From: Lama glama
Taxonomy: Eukaryota
Direction: 5' to 3'
DNA length: 64,000 nucleotides
NCBI GenBank assembly: GCA_028534125.1
Contig: CM052838.1
Coordinates: 63,798,001 to 63,862,000, forward strand
In this document: in pieces, positions 49,801 to 61,282 of the stretch
Layout: the number at the start of each line of letters is the position of its first letter
Position numbering within the stretch: position 1 is the first letter of the stretch
Translations under genes and position numbers: made by a program
Notes under the pieces: generated by a model
Database searches by the model: none
What the model saw: the letters and a program-made list of their open reading frames with translations, nothing else
Told to the model about the DNA's origin: nothing

Positions 49801-51342
49801 TCGATGGCTAATTTCAAGCAGAGGAGGGGGGTGTTTTCCTCTGTGGCATGTGAAAAGGCCGCAGATCCTCTGCTCTGAACGGTCGCTTTCCATTCGGAGG
49901 ACTGTGGCTGTCCCCTCTGCTCGCTCCCGACTTTGAAAGGATGGCCCCGTGGCTGTCCTGTCCCTTGATGCTGCCGCACAAAGCCTTTCCCTGTTTCCGG
50001 AAGGCGGAGACGTGGGGGCCCTGATGCAGGGTCGCCAGGTGCGGTGTGGTCCCTGGAGGGCGGGTCCCTCACTGGCTGGGTGCAGGGCTCACAGATTGTA
50101 ACTGGCACCTTGAGGGGCGTCCCGTCCTGGTTGAAGCTTGGGCTCCTGCAGATTCTCCGCAGGCAGCAGCTCTGAGCCTCAGGAACAGGCCTCATGCGTG
50201 TCAACCCTGCTCTGAGGCCACCATTGGGGTCTCCCCACCATGGCCCTCTGGGGGTGTCTCTGCCCTGCAGTGCGTGGGCCCCTCCTGCCACCTCCCTGCT
50301 GGCCTGTCTTGGTGGCTTTGCGCCTCCCCCCGCTGTTCCTGCCCGCGTGCTGGTCTCCCGAGCCAGCCTCCCGCGGTCTCTCTCCCTTCCTCGGTAGGAG
50401 CGGGCCTTTCCGTCCCTGGTACTCCTTCTCGGCCCTCTGAGCAGTTGGAGAGCACAAGACAGTCCTCATTGGGGTTTAGTAGTTGAGAACTGGGGTGACT
50501 TTGGGCTGTGGGCCTGCAGGAGGGTGTCTTTAAGTAGCATGTTTACCAGTCCCTGTCTAATTTGGAAATTTTGGCTCAAAACTCACTGTTGTGGGAATGA
50601 AAAGGTTACAAGTATCTGCCCTTAAAGGCGTTGGCCTTCCTCACAGACGTGAGCACCTCTGCCTTACAGGATGCTCACGTGCACGTGCTGGTGTTCAGAG
50701 CTTGTCAGGAGGTGCTGGGCCCGTTTCCTAGGGGGCAAAGCTGAGGCCACTCAAGGAGCCAGGGAGCTGTAACTAGGGCCTCCTTGTGCCTCCTCTGTAG
50801 CCCGTTGTCCCTCAGGCCGTCCCCCTCTCCTTTTGTGAAGGAAAACTTTGATATCTGAGACCACTGACATGCATTTCTCATATTTTGTCTTTGGATTTTG
50901 ATTTCCAGAATTTTTGTTGTTCATGTATCTCTAATGTTTTCTGGCATTTAAACCGTCTGTGACTAGTGAATAATTTTCAATTTTTTCTTGTTTTTAAAAT
51001 GTTAATGGTGTTTAAGCTGTAAACTCTGAAAAAATACTTGGTTTGTTACATTTATTTTCTTTAAATTGTGTCAGTAATTAGATCAGCTCCTTGGCGTACA
51101 GGCTAGCTCTTGCATGCTGATGAGCTCAGAATTTAAATTGAGTTAAAGGTTAAATGAGTTTAATTTTTGAATGGAACTGAAGCATTGTCTTATGTCCGAT
51201 ACATCTAGAATTTTTATTTCCAGTTGCTGTATCCAGTGACAGAAGTGGGTCTTCTTGTGATAAAAGCATTGAATTCATTAAGGATCATGTTAGAGTCTCT
51301 TGCTGGTGGACTTGCCATGTGTCAGTGTCTATGGTGTGCCTT

Positions 51343-51431
51343 GGGGATAGGCCTGGGGGATGGTGCTGTCATGACGGGGACAGGCCTGGGGATGATGCTG
51401 TCATGACGGGGACGGGTCTGGGTGGATGGTG
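51343..51431. repeat. Minisatellite, ~33-bp unit x2.7 (GGGGAYAGGCCTGGGG(G)ATGRTGCTGTCATGAC)
   Basis: Units at 51343-51375 and 51376-51407, plus a degenerate partial unit at 51408-51431. Confidence 0.85.
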
Positions 51432-54400
51432 GAGCGTGCTGTTCTGCCCCCGTGGAGGGCACCTGTGAGCAGGTGTGGGGGATGTTTAGATGGTGGGAGG
51501 GGTGATGGCTCGGGCCATGCCCAGGGTGCTGACGGTAGCACCTACTGGGGCTGCCCGAGGTGGGACGTGGTCTGGCAGTGGGACCAGTGGGAGCTGGTGT
51601 TGAGGGATGCGGGGCCTGACAGGAGGAGGAGCGTGTGGCGATGCCGTGGGCCCTGGCGTGGATAACTGACCGGTGGGGAGGGTATGGGGGCACCTACAGG
51701 AGAAAAACATCTGGAGGGACAGCTGGATGAGGGAGCCGGTCGAGAAGAAGCACCCAGAAACCTGAAGACGAGCAGGGCGGGGAGGCCGGATGGGGAGGCC
51801 GAGGACCGGGCGCTGTGTCCACGCTGCTTTGGCGCATCTTTTCCCCGCAGTGTCGGGCTCTGGGGAGGTATAATGCCAACTCGAGTTTCGCTCAAGCTCT
51901 GCAGCGGGGGTTCCTGGGCACCTGGCCTTTCCTGAGACCAGCGTCTCGCTGCCGGTGACTTTGAGCTTTGACTCTGGAGGCTGGGGCCGTGCTCACGGTC
52001 ACCCTGGCCAGGTCTGCCCTGGAAGTGGCTCTGTCCAGAATCGAGATGGACCGAGCGGAACGCAGGTGTGCTGTGCCTCGTGCTCTGAGAGGGGGTCCGA
52101 GTGCCCCTCATCCTTGGTCAGTCCTGGGCACTTTGTGCCGGGGCCAGGCGCTGTCTCCCCAGAATCTCTGTTCACCTCGTTGGCGAACTCTACCGTTTCC
52201 CTGCAGGTTGGGCCCCAGTCATGGTTCCGACTGCCAGGAGTTGAGAAAGGCGCTCTCCGCCGACCTTCTGTGTCTTGGCCTCATCAGTGCTGACGGCTCT
52301 GGGGCTCTTCCCCTCTTCTGTTACCAGGACTCCTCTAGTGTCACTTAGCGTTTCTCTGCGAGCCCCGGTGTGCCTCTTTATAAGCATTTCTGTGACACGC
52401 CCCCTGGTCTGTTCTGCACACACGCGCGTGCACACAAATACTTTTTAAATAAAAAGGCTGACATTCTATGCTAAGGGCACCTGCGGATTCAGAGTGGTTC
52501 TGCAGGAGGACGCCGGTCCTCTCAGACGGGCACTGACTTCAGCTTTTGGCATCACGTGTTGTGTGCAGGGGGGACTCTGGTTCTGTCTCTCTGATTGTTC
52601 CTGGTGGAATCCCTGTTGTTACTTTGAAAGCTGCTTCTCCCGTTCCGTCTTCAGAAAGTTGGCCTCCCCAACCTCACCAACCAGCACGAGTGAAGCTTCA
52701 GGAAAGGCCCTCACTTGACAGCGCCCCTCGCGGGAGGGACGCGGGGACTGTTCACCCTTCTGAGTGAGCGGCGCTCGGAACCTGCAGCGGGTGAAGCAGA
52801 CACTTCCTCCCGCAGACGTCTCCACCCGGAGCCCACGCTGTCCGGTGGGGGAGCTGTGTTGCTGGGGGGCAGCCCCCACTCCAGCCGAGGGTCAGCGCGG
52901 GGTTGCCAGCCAGGAGTTTCCGCACGCAGACTCCGCGCGTTCCAACCACAGTTTCTGCAGGGTGTTCAGACGGCCTGGAAGTGCGCTGTCAGCAGTTCTA
53001 CAGGGGCGCAGTTACTTCATGAGGAGAAACCCCTTTAAGACTTAACTCATCACAGTGGGAAAGTACGCACTTCGGGCTGTGCTGCTTCAGGTGTTTGCTG
53101 CTCAGAAGGATGCCCTGTGTGTAGTGTGTGTGTGTCTGTGTTCCATATATGCGTGTGCGTGTGTGTATAAGTGCGTTCTAGACATTTCTCTTCTGCTGCT
53201 TTAATGTTGCGTCCACTAAAAATACATCCCTGTAAGCCTAGGGGAAATGAAATTGCTGTTCCATCACAGACACCCCAGGAGTAGGCCCCCCAAAATGCGG
53301 TTTTTCTCTCAAATTCGTCTGGAAAAACACTTAGCTTTCTGATCTGTGTTTATCCGGTTCAGGGCTCTGTTAGGAAGAGTTACTGTGTAACTGAGCACTG
53401 TTTTTATTAAAAAGAACTGGGCCGCTTATTTCCTTCAAAGTTTCTGGAGTGTTTAAATCTTCTTTAGGTAAACAAAACTTTAATTGAAAATAATATTTTG
53501 AGAGGAACACCTTGGTCACCACAAGTGGTGCTGACAGCCCTCTTCTGGTCCTGCAGGCAGTCTGGTCTCACGTGTGACTCCTGGGCATCTGTGGGGGGCC
53601 TGTGGGGGGTGGCGGGTGGGCGAGGGGCAGGAGGGCGGCACTTATCTGCAGCTCCCGGGGGTGTTGCGGGCGGAGATGGGACCTGACACAGGGCCATGAC
53701 CGTGGAGGGGCCAGGTCTGGATGGCAGCGTGTTGTGGCGTGCGGCGGACACCCACAGGTGGCCTGTGGCTGTGTCTGTCCCTGGACAAGGAGAGCGGGGC
53801 AGGGCAGGCCCTCCTGCCTCTAAGTCCCAGCCGGCGTGCAGGCCCGTCCTCCCCGGCCCAGGCTCCGTGGGCCTGTCTCTGTGTGCTCTGGCTTCCATCG
53901 GTTTGCACACCAGCAAACTTTTCAGGAAACTGAGGAAATGCTGAGATCTGCTTCAGTCACTAAGAATTGTGCAGGCAAATGACGAGGGTCTGACTGACAG
54001 ACCTTGCCACACTCTGAGCGCCTCTCCGCACATCACTCTTGGAATTTCCTGGGTCCCTGGATGGTCCAAACTGTGAGGCCCCTTGGGCAGCATCTGGGCC
54101 AGCCCGTTACTCCCCAGAGACAGAAAGCAGAGTCCAGGGACTGAATGTTGCCGGGGCCCCCATGGCTAGAGGCCCCTCGTTCGAGGCTCCTGCTGTCTCC
54201 GAGGGCTCCTTCGGGGTGGCTGGCCATCCCTTATTCGCCGCGCATGTTGCTGGCCCATCAGCTAGGGTCTGAGCCTCGGCCGGCCTGCCTTCGGCAGTGG
54301 TGGGGTTTGGAGGGTCATCTGCGAGCTTCATGAGCTCTGAGTGGAGCTGACCGGGTGAGAGCGGGCAGCAGACCCGGGCGGAAGGATGGGGCGCTTGGTG

Positions 54401-55644
54401 CTGGAGCACCGAGCCCCCTGGGAGGGGGAACCCAGGGTGGGGAGGAGGCAGGGCAGACATGGTCCCTTCTTCCACAGCCCACAAGAACGGGATGGAGGCG
54501 GAGCACAGACTGCGCGTGGCCGGCCTTGGGCTCGGACCTGCCGCCTCCCGCTCTTTGCTGTGGTGCTTTCATTGCAAAGAGTGGGAAACTGCAGCTCGCT
54601 GAAATTCTGTTAGAATTCCTTCATTTACCAAATTGGCAAGTATGTCGAGGGAAGAGAGGAGTGCCTTACACTCTCAGCGTGTCCTGCCCCGAGCCACTCC
54701 TCCTGTCCTGTGGACACAGTGTTAGTACGAGGACTGGGTTCTGCCTGTGACTTCTGTCCCCACTTCATCAGCTCCCTAACTCCACACCTTCCTCTCCTTC
54801 ACTCTGTCACACCAGCTCTGGGGATCCCTGATCAAAGGGATAGGTGATCATGTGATACCTTGTTTTTTGCATCTGAGTTTTCAAGAGCTCTCCAGATTTT
54901 TATTGCCTAAAGTTCCATATGCCGTAGACATAATACCGTCAGCTGTAAACTGCCTTCTGGAGAAGAAACTGACAAACAACTTTGTAATTGCATTTCTAGC
55001 CTTCATATCTGAGGGCCAGCAGCATGTTCAAGATTTATGGAGTTCCTGAATTTAAACTGTAAGCAATAAAATTTTCTCAAGGTGGGTCCCCATCTGCATC
55101 TATTATTACAAACCCCATCAGGTTACTTTAGCATATGACATGTTAATAGTTTTTTTCTTCCTTTTACTTTTTGACAAATTATGTCTAAGGAAATGAGTTT
55201 GCCTGCATGGAAAGTTATCTGTGTTTGCAAACTTGAACAGTTTTGCTGGTTAAGCAGTCTAGGGATGATAAACTTTTTTGTCAAAGTATGACTTGGGTGC
55301 TGCGTTAAAAAGAATCACAGCTCATGGGAGAGGTTCGTTGTAAAGGACGCCGCTGCACCTCTGCCCGGGGCGCTGTGGGAACTGGCAGAGCTAAAATATG
55401 TATCCACTTCTTAAGATGCATCTTCAGTTTATTTCCCTGATACGGAGGAGCAGAGGTATGAGCCAGAGAAAAGTGGGCATCATTTTGTCCAGAGGATTAG
55501 CAGGACTGACCGGCTGACTGGCTGACCACTTCATTGGATGGTTAGCCTTCAGGCGACAGTGGAGTCACAGGCTTGTAGCTGGGGAGGGAAAGAAATCCCC
55601 TTTTGTGCCTGAATAATCAATACTGTTTTGACCCAACTACTGCT

Positions 55645-55862
55645 TCTTCTGTAAAATATACATAACATAAAATTCACCATTTTCACCATTTTTAAGTGTA
55701 CAGGTCCATGGCGTTAAATACATTACATTGCTTTACAACCGTCACCTCCATCCCATTTGAGAACTGTGTTCATCTTCCTGACACAGCTCTGTGCCATCAA
55801 ACAGTAACACCCCGTGGGCTCCGAGCCCAGCCTGGTCGCCAGCAGCCTGCTTCTGTCTCTGC
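55645..55862 (-). mobile_element. L1MB-like 3' end
   Basis: gtaaaatatacataacataaaattcaccattttcaccatttttaagtgtacag...ggcgttaaatacattacattgctttacaaccgtcacc. Confidence 0.85.
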
Positions 55863-58053
55863 CGGCACTTCTCTGACACCCAGAGCTGCTGGGTGCCCCC
55901 AGACCAGGAGACGCCTGTCTGATGGCCCCGTCCGCCCCCGCAGATGCTAGCAAGCTGCCTTGGCTCTGACAGCAGGCAGCTCAGGGCTGCAGTGCAGGGG
56001 CAGGGAGTGCTGCCTGGTGGCTCCCCGTACGGGAGTGTGGGGGCTGCTGGACCAGCATGGCCAGACTTTGCTGCCTGGTGGGGAAGAACCCAGGAGAAAT
56101 GCAAGGTTGTGGGGAGGTCTTGCTGATAAAAACAGGACCCCAGGACACAGAAACTGCACCGTGAGGCAGAGCACCTGTGAAGGCAGAAAGGCACCATCCA
56201 AAGGCGAGTGTTGAAAGGACGCTGGACTGGCCCGGGGCTTTGTGCGTCTGGTCCTGCCTGTGATGCTGTCGGGTTTTTCCGGAGAGGAGGTGGCAGAGGG
56301 TTGGCAGGGAAGACCACAGACACGGGCGGGGGGATGCAGGCCCCCTGGTTCTGCCACCACTCCCTCTGGGACCCCCCAGCTGCTAATTCTCGGTGGATCT
56401 GGGCTGCCCTTGAATTTGTAATTTCACAGTTTCCAGGGCCTTTTCTGCACCCTGACTTTAAATCTATACGTTTCTGAGGTGCTTTCACTTGCAACGTTAA
56501 CTCTTTCGTCTCTGTCTTTAGTTAATGGGCTGTTACTACTGGTGCAGGAACAGAACCAGAGCATCAGTCAAGCACGGGGAGATCTGTGCTGGACGTACCT
56601 CATGTGCCGTAGAGGAAGCTGCAAGTCAGCGTGCGGCTGGGGGCCCAGCCTGCTCCCGCCAGGGCAGCTTCCCCTCATAGGCCCCACCGCTGTCCTCTGG
56701 AGTGGCCGGGCTCTGAATCACAGAGGGGTCGGCGCCTGCATGTGCTTTCGACCCTGCCTTGGAGTCCAGGTGCTTTACTGAAGTGAGAGGTTTCAGTGCT
56801 GTCTGTGGGGCTGATGATCAGGTTTATAGTCGTGAAGCCAGAGTAAGAGGAACCCCATTGTTGTGTCGCCAGTAGCTGCTACAGTGACCCTGGTCATGGG
56901 TGAGTTAGTGATGAGGGGACGCTGGGCCCAGGAGGGCAGCTTGGTGAGGGTCTGGGCAGGGCTCCCCTCTCCCTGGACACTCTGGGAGGCCCGGACCCGC
57001 CGCAGCGAGAGGCGGGCTTGGCCGTGTGACTTCTGTGGCCCGAGCTGCTGGAGTAGAGACCAAGCACAGCCCCGCTGGTGGCTTCTGCTGCCGTCTTCAC
57101 CGTGAAGAGAATGTGCCCCGGACCGTCCTCTGCTCCCAGAATGTGACATACGGTGAGCAGCACAGGCCTGCACCCCCGGGAGCGCGGGTCCGGGCCAGCT
57201 GTCTGTCCACATCGCAGAGGCGCAGCGGGTCGGGTGTTGCTGTGGGGGGTCACCGGGGCCCCTGGAGTTGCCTCGGGCCCGGCAGTGCACACCCTGTGTG
57301 TGTGGGCCTCGGGGAGGGGTGCGGATCCTGTTTATTTCTCCGAGGGGAGAGGGTTCCCACACACGCCCGGGAAAGGGAGCCGTATGAGAAGGGGAAACGT
57401 GGGCCGGTCCTTGTTGAGGTCGGCCGGTCCCACGTGTGGATTCCGGGCAGGTGTTTGGTGCGCCTTGAGCTAGTCCGGGCTCACTCGTGAGCTGGCGATG
57501 CTTGGCTGTGCAGTGTGCCAGGCGGCGTCTCCCCCAGTCAGGGGGCCGGCTCCGTGTTCACGGAGAGCTCTGCCTCGAGAGTGTGTCTCCCGCCCGTCCC
57601 CCGCGGACGCCCCGTGCCGGTCTTGCGAAGGCTGCCCTCGGGTGAGTCACGGCCCCGCGGGGTCACTGGAGGAAGGCGTCCGCCGAGGGCCTGCAGCACG
57701 GGCACCAAGATCCAAAGGCCTGGAAGTCACCTCCACTCCACAGTCTTCCCAGAAGGTGGTTCTGTATTTTCCACAGATACATAACTTTCAGTGTTTTTCC
57801 TGGCATTGTCATTAATGTATGTAAAAATATTAAAAGCCCTTGTATATTACACCAAAAACTATGTCAGCTGCTGTGCTTTTTTCTATTTATTAAAACTTTT
57901 CAAGCAGTGAAAACATTTTACTTGTTAATGAGGGAAAGTGGGAAAATTAATGACATAGAGCTCGGATCCACCAAGACGTCTCCTCTTAACCACGCAAGGC
58001 GGCTCGCTCCCCGCCGCACACGCTTTAATTTCCAGGACAGGGTTCAGCGGGCA

Positions 58054-58081
58054 GATGCAAATGGATTTAATGATTTGCATC
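58054..58081. promoter_or_regulatory. Inverted pair of perfect octamer (POU) motifs
   Basis: ATGCAAAT at 58055-58062, a 10-nt spacer GGATTTAATG, then ATTTGCAT at 58073-58080. The motif is seen directly; function is inferred. Confidence 0.5.
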
Positions 58082-58447
58082 AGTAGATCATTTCTCAGTT
58101 TAATATCCTCTGATATTTGGGGTCAAGGACTCTTTCCTTGGGAGGACGGTACAATTTCTAGAGCTAAAATTATTAACGTTAGTAATAATACATGACGTTC
58201 AAGTGAATGGAGATGAACGGGTCCCTGTCACAGAGGCAGGTGTACACAGGGCTTCTGCTCACTGTGGGTGGTGAGGTCGCTGGGTGGGGCAGGCGGGTTT
58301 CCTCCCCCGGGGGCTCTAAGCTGGGTGACACCTGAGAGCCATGGTTGTCTCCTCTCATTTCCACACATGGGGTCAGCCTCTGGGCCCACGAGGCACACAG
58401 TACATCTTTGTCAAGTCAGTTCAAGAAAGAAATGAAATCAGAACCCT

Positions 58448-58690
58448 GTTCACTGCGCATCCACCGAGTCTTTCTGTGTCAAGTCAGCAGAGCCTGGTGC
58501 TGGATTGATGCAGAGACACGAGCCTGTCCTCCAGGAACTTTGCCGGGGAGGCAGCGGTGTCGATGAGTAACCACATGGGGCACAGAGGGAGCAACAGAAA
58601 TATACAAAAGGCACAGAAGAATGATGGAGAAGCTCTGGAATCAAAGCACGAGGGAAGGTTTCACGGGGAGGAGGCAGATGATCTCGTGAT
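58448..58690 (-). mobile_element. L2 fragment (degenerate)
   Basis: catccaccgagtctttctgtgtcaag...cctgtcctccaggaactt...agggaaggtttcacgggggagg-like words. Confidence 0.45.
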
Positions 58691-59254
58691 TTCCCTGCTT
58701 CAAAGGCCACCTTCCTTCTTGGCCCCTTAGAAAGGCTGAGTGCCCGGTGCTGGCTCACCTGACCTTGCTGTGGTGGGGAGTGTGCTGCCCGCTGGATTGC
58801 TCCTGGTAAAGACCTGTCCTCCCTGACACTGAGAGCAGGGTGAGGAAGACTCCCTCTCCTCCATCTTTGAACACAGCTGTGTGAAGAAGTGTGATTGCAG
58901 GAGCTGGGCAGCTGTTCTGTAACCATGAGGAAATTTCGAAAGGCAGTTTGTTATCAGTAAGAGGGATGGGAATGGGGCCTCGATGTCCCGGCCTCCAGCT
59001 GACTTTCCTCAGAACGCCTGTGCCCCGAACCATGACCACACCACGTGTGCCACAGCCATGAGCAACCACAGATGGTGAGCTTGAAACGTTTTCATATGCA
59101 AAACTGAGGCTTATTTTAGCAAATGAATAAAAATGTAAAGGAAATAAAAATCACTGATAGTTCTGTGACTCAGAAGTATGTTATTAATATTTTAGTATAA
59201 TTCTTTCTAGCTTTTTCACCAATGTGTTTAAAATCAATTATTTTACTTTGTAAT

Positions 59255-59345
59255 TTTTATTTTTTTATTGAAGTACCGTCACTTACAGTGTGTTTGTTAT
59301 TCCTGATGTACAGCACCATGTCCCATCATGCATATATGTACATAT
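59255..59345 (-). mobile_element. Short copy of the same young L1 3' end as 21426-21670, inserted in an old L1ME-like remnant (~59100-59560)
   Basis: tttttattgaagtaccgtcacttacagtgtg...tgtacagcaccatgtcccatcatgcatatatgtacatat is homologous to 21436-21520. Confidence 0.75.
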
Positions 59346-59809
59346 GTTTATAAAATCAGTTTATATTCTACTTTTCAAATTTAACCTTACGTCATGAGCA
59401 TTTTATCATGTTATTGAATGCTGTTTTTAAAGAAGGAGCTTTTAAGGGTCTGTGTTGAATGGGGACGCCGTAATCGTGGCTCCCTCGTCCTGGTGACTGT
59501 ACAGGTGGTTTGTGAGCTGTCACTGGGCTGCCGTCAGGTGAGCATCCTTGTGAACCTGGGGACCATTTCTTTAAGCCTTCTGACTTCTTTCCCTGTGGCT
59601 CCTGCCCCTGTGACGCCCTTTCTCCCCGGCACAGCCACTTCTGAAACCAAACGTGTTCATGTGACCCCCTTAAAGGGGTGTGCTTTAGGACGAGAAAGCA
59701 CTTGCATGGACTCTCCTGGCCCCTCAGTCCTTGCTTTTTGACCGCTGAACTCCAGACTCCAGCTGGACTGACCCACAGTCCTTATGTGTATACTGAGCGA
59801 CCCCGATCT

Positions 59810-60035
59810 GGCGTGGTGCCAAGCAGGGGTCAGACCGCTGCCTCTGGAGCCAGATGCTGGGTTTGAGCCAGAGTTCCACCACCTACTTCTCTGCCCTGTG
59901 CCTCGTTCCCAGGTATACATGGGGCAGGATGGTACCTGTCACAGGGGTTCTGGAGGATTGAATGAGCTGATCTGTAGGAAGTTCTTAGAACAGCGCCCAC
60001 TCCGGAGTACGCTGCTTCTGGTGGTGACGATGACG
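59810..60035 (+). mobile_element. MIR SINE
   Basis: ctctggagccagatgctgggtttgagcc...ctgtgcctcgttccc...ggaggattgaatgagctga...cttagaacagcgcc. Confidence 0.75.
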
Positions 60036-60229
60036 AAGGTGTTACTGCTTCCTGAAATGGCCGTGGGTGCCAGTATCGCTCCCTCCTCCCCTCCTTCCTG
60101 CCCCGCCTCTCCTGACTCTCACACTGCGCAGCCGTCTCTCTGCTCCAGGCTTGCCTTGGACTCCTCCTTCCCCCTCTTCCAGTGCTTTGAACTAACTGTG
60201 CTGTCCTGGTCACACTTCCTTGTCGTTAC

Positions 60230-60352
60230 CCCCTCCGCTGGCTGTGTCTTCAGGGCTCCGAGTCCAGAGGGCAAGGACCACGTCTGTCCTGCCTCCTAAC
60301 TCTGGTGCCCTCAGTGCCAGCCCAGGGGGCACCTGAAACATCTGTTTTTGAG
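60230..60352 (+). mobile_element. L2 3' end fragment
   Basis: gagggcaaggaccacgtctgtcctg...ccctcagtgccagc...aaacatctgtttttga resembles the L2 tail. Confidence 0.5.
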
Positions 60353-60971
60353 CTGGAACCACAGAAGGACTGGGGACTGGAATATCAACGCACTCCGTAA
60401 AGAGCGACGTGGTTACCGAGGTTGGAGGGGAACACAAGCATGATGCTCAGGTTTATTTCGGCTGGCCACCAGAACCTTGGCCAGATGTATACCTTGGCCC
60501 ACAGGCCATGATGGAATTGAAGGTGGTCTTTTCTAAGAATCCTGCCTGAGATACTGCCCAACTTGGGTAAATGTCATAGTACATGGAGCCCCAGGCTGTT
60601 TACTCGGGGTTGTCCCCTTGTCCTCCAAGCGCCTCCAGAGCAAGTGGGGACCATGCCCGGCGTCCAGGAAGCCCACGCGGTTGGCTGGACCTCTCGGAAT
60701 GGGGCAGGCTCTGGGCGGCCCTGGAAAGGCCCTTCTGCTTGGCTTTCTCTTCAGAAGCAATAATCAACTGGTAAACAGCGGTTTTCAAGCAGCCTTTATT
60801 CTCTTAAGTATTCTCTCACCCAGAGTCTGCACTTCTGTGACTGCCTTGCCTCGGACTGTGAGGGGCTGGCGGGGTTTTGTGTCGTGGTCTGCACTGATCT
60901 GTGAACCGAGGCCGAGCAGCGTTCTACTCAGTCACCTTAGCGTCAGCCCCGTGGGTCTTGGAGAGGGTGCT

Positions 60972-61282
60972 TGTTGTGGACTGTGTCCCCGTGTTCACCT
61001 GTTGAGGCACGAACCCCCAGTCCCTCAGAGCGTGCCTGCATTTGGACAGAGGGCCGTTACAGAGGTGCTGAGTGGGCCCCGCTCCAGTATCCCGGTGTCC
61101 TCGTGGGAAGGGGAAGTGAGGGCAGGGGCCCAGAGGGAGGACCACGTGAAGACACCTGACTGTCGGCCAGGGAGGGAGGCCTCGAAGGAGCCAGCCCTGC
61201 AACACCTTGACCTCAGACCTCTGCCCCAGAGTTAGCAGCCGTCTGCGGTTCTTTGCTGTGGCCACCCTAGCAAGCAGGTGAC
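60972..61282 (+). mobile_element. MaLR solo LTR, MLT1B-like (deleted, GC-shifted)
   Basis: tgttgtggactgtgtcccc, aacccccagtccctcagagcgtgcctgcatttgga, agagggaggaccacgtgaagacac, gccctgcaacaccttgacctcagac and gccaccctagcaa. Confidence 0.85.

Noticed and set aside
51117-51185. Possible C/D-box snoRNA (cTGATGA...CTGA, about 63 nt)
   Set aside because: The C box lacks the purine, the terminal stem is poor in k-turn register, and no D'/C' boxes or rRNA/snRNA antisense guide were recognised.
51343-51431. CRISPR-like or other prokaryotic arrays; tRNA/rRNA genes
   Set aside because: The repeat has no unique spacers and the sequence is mammalian. No tRNA or rRNA signature was seen in the window.
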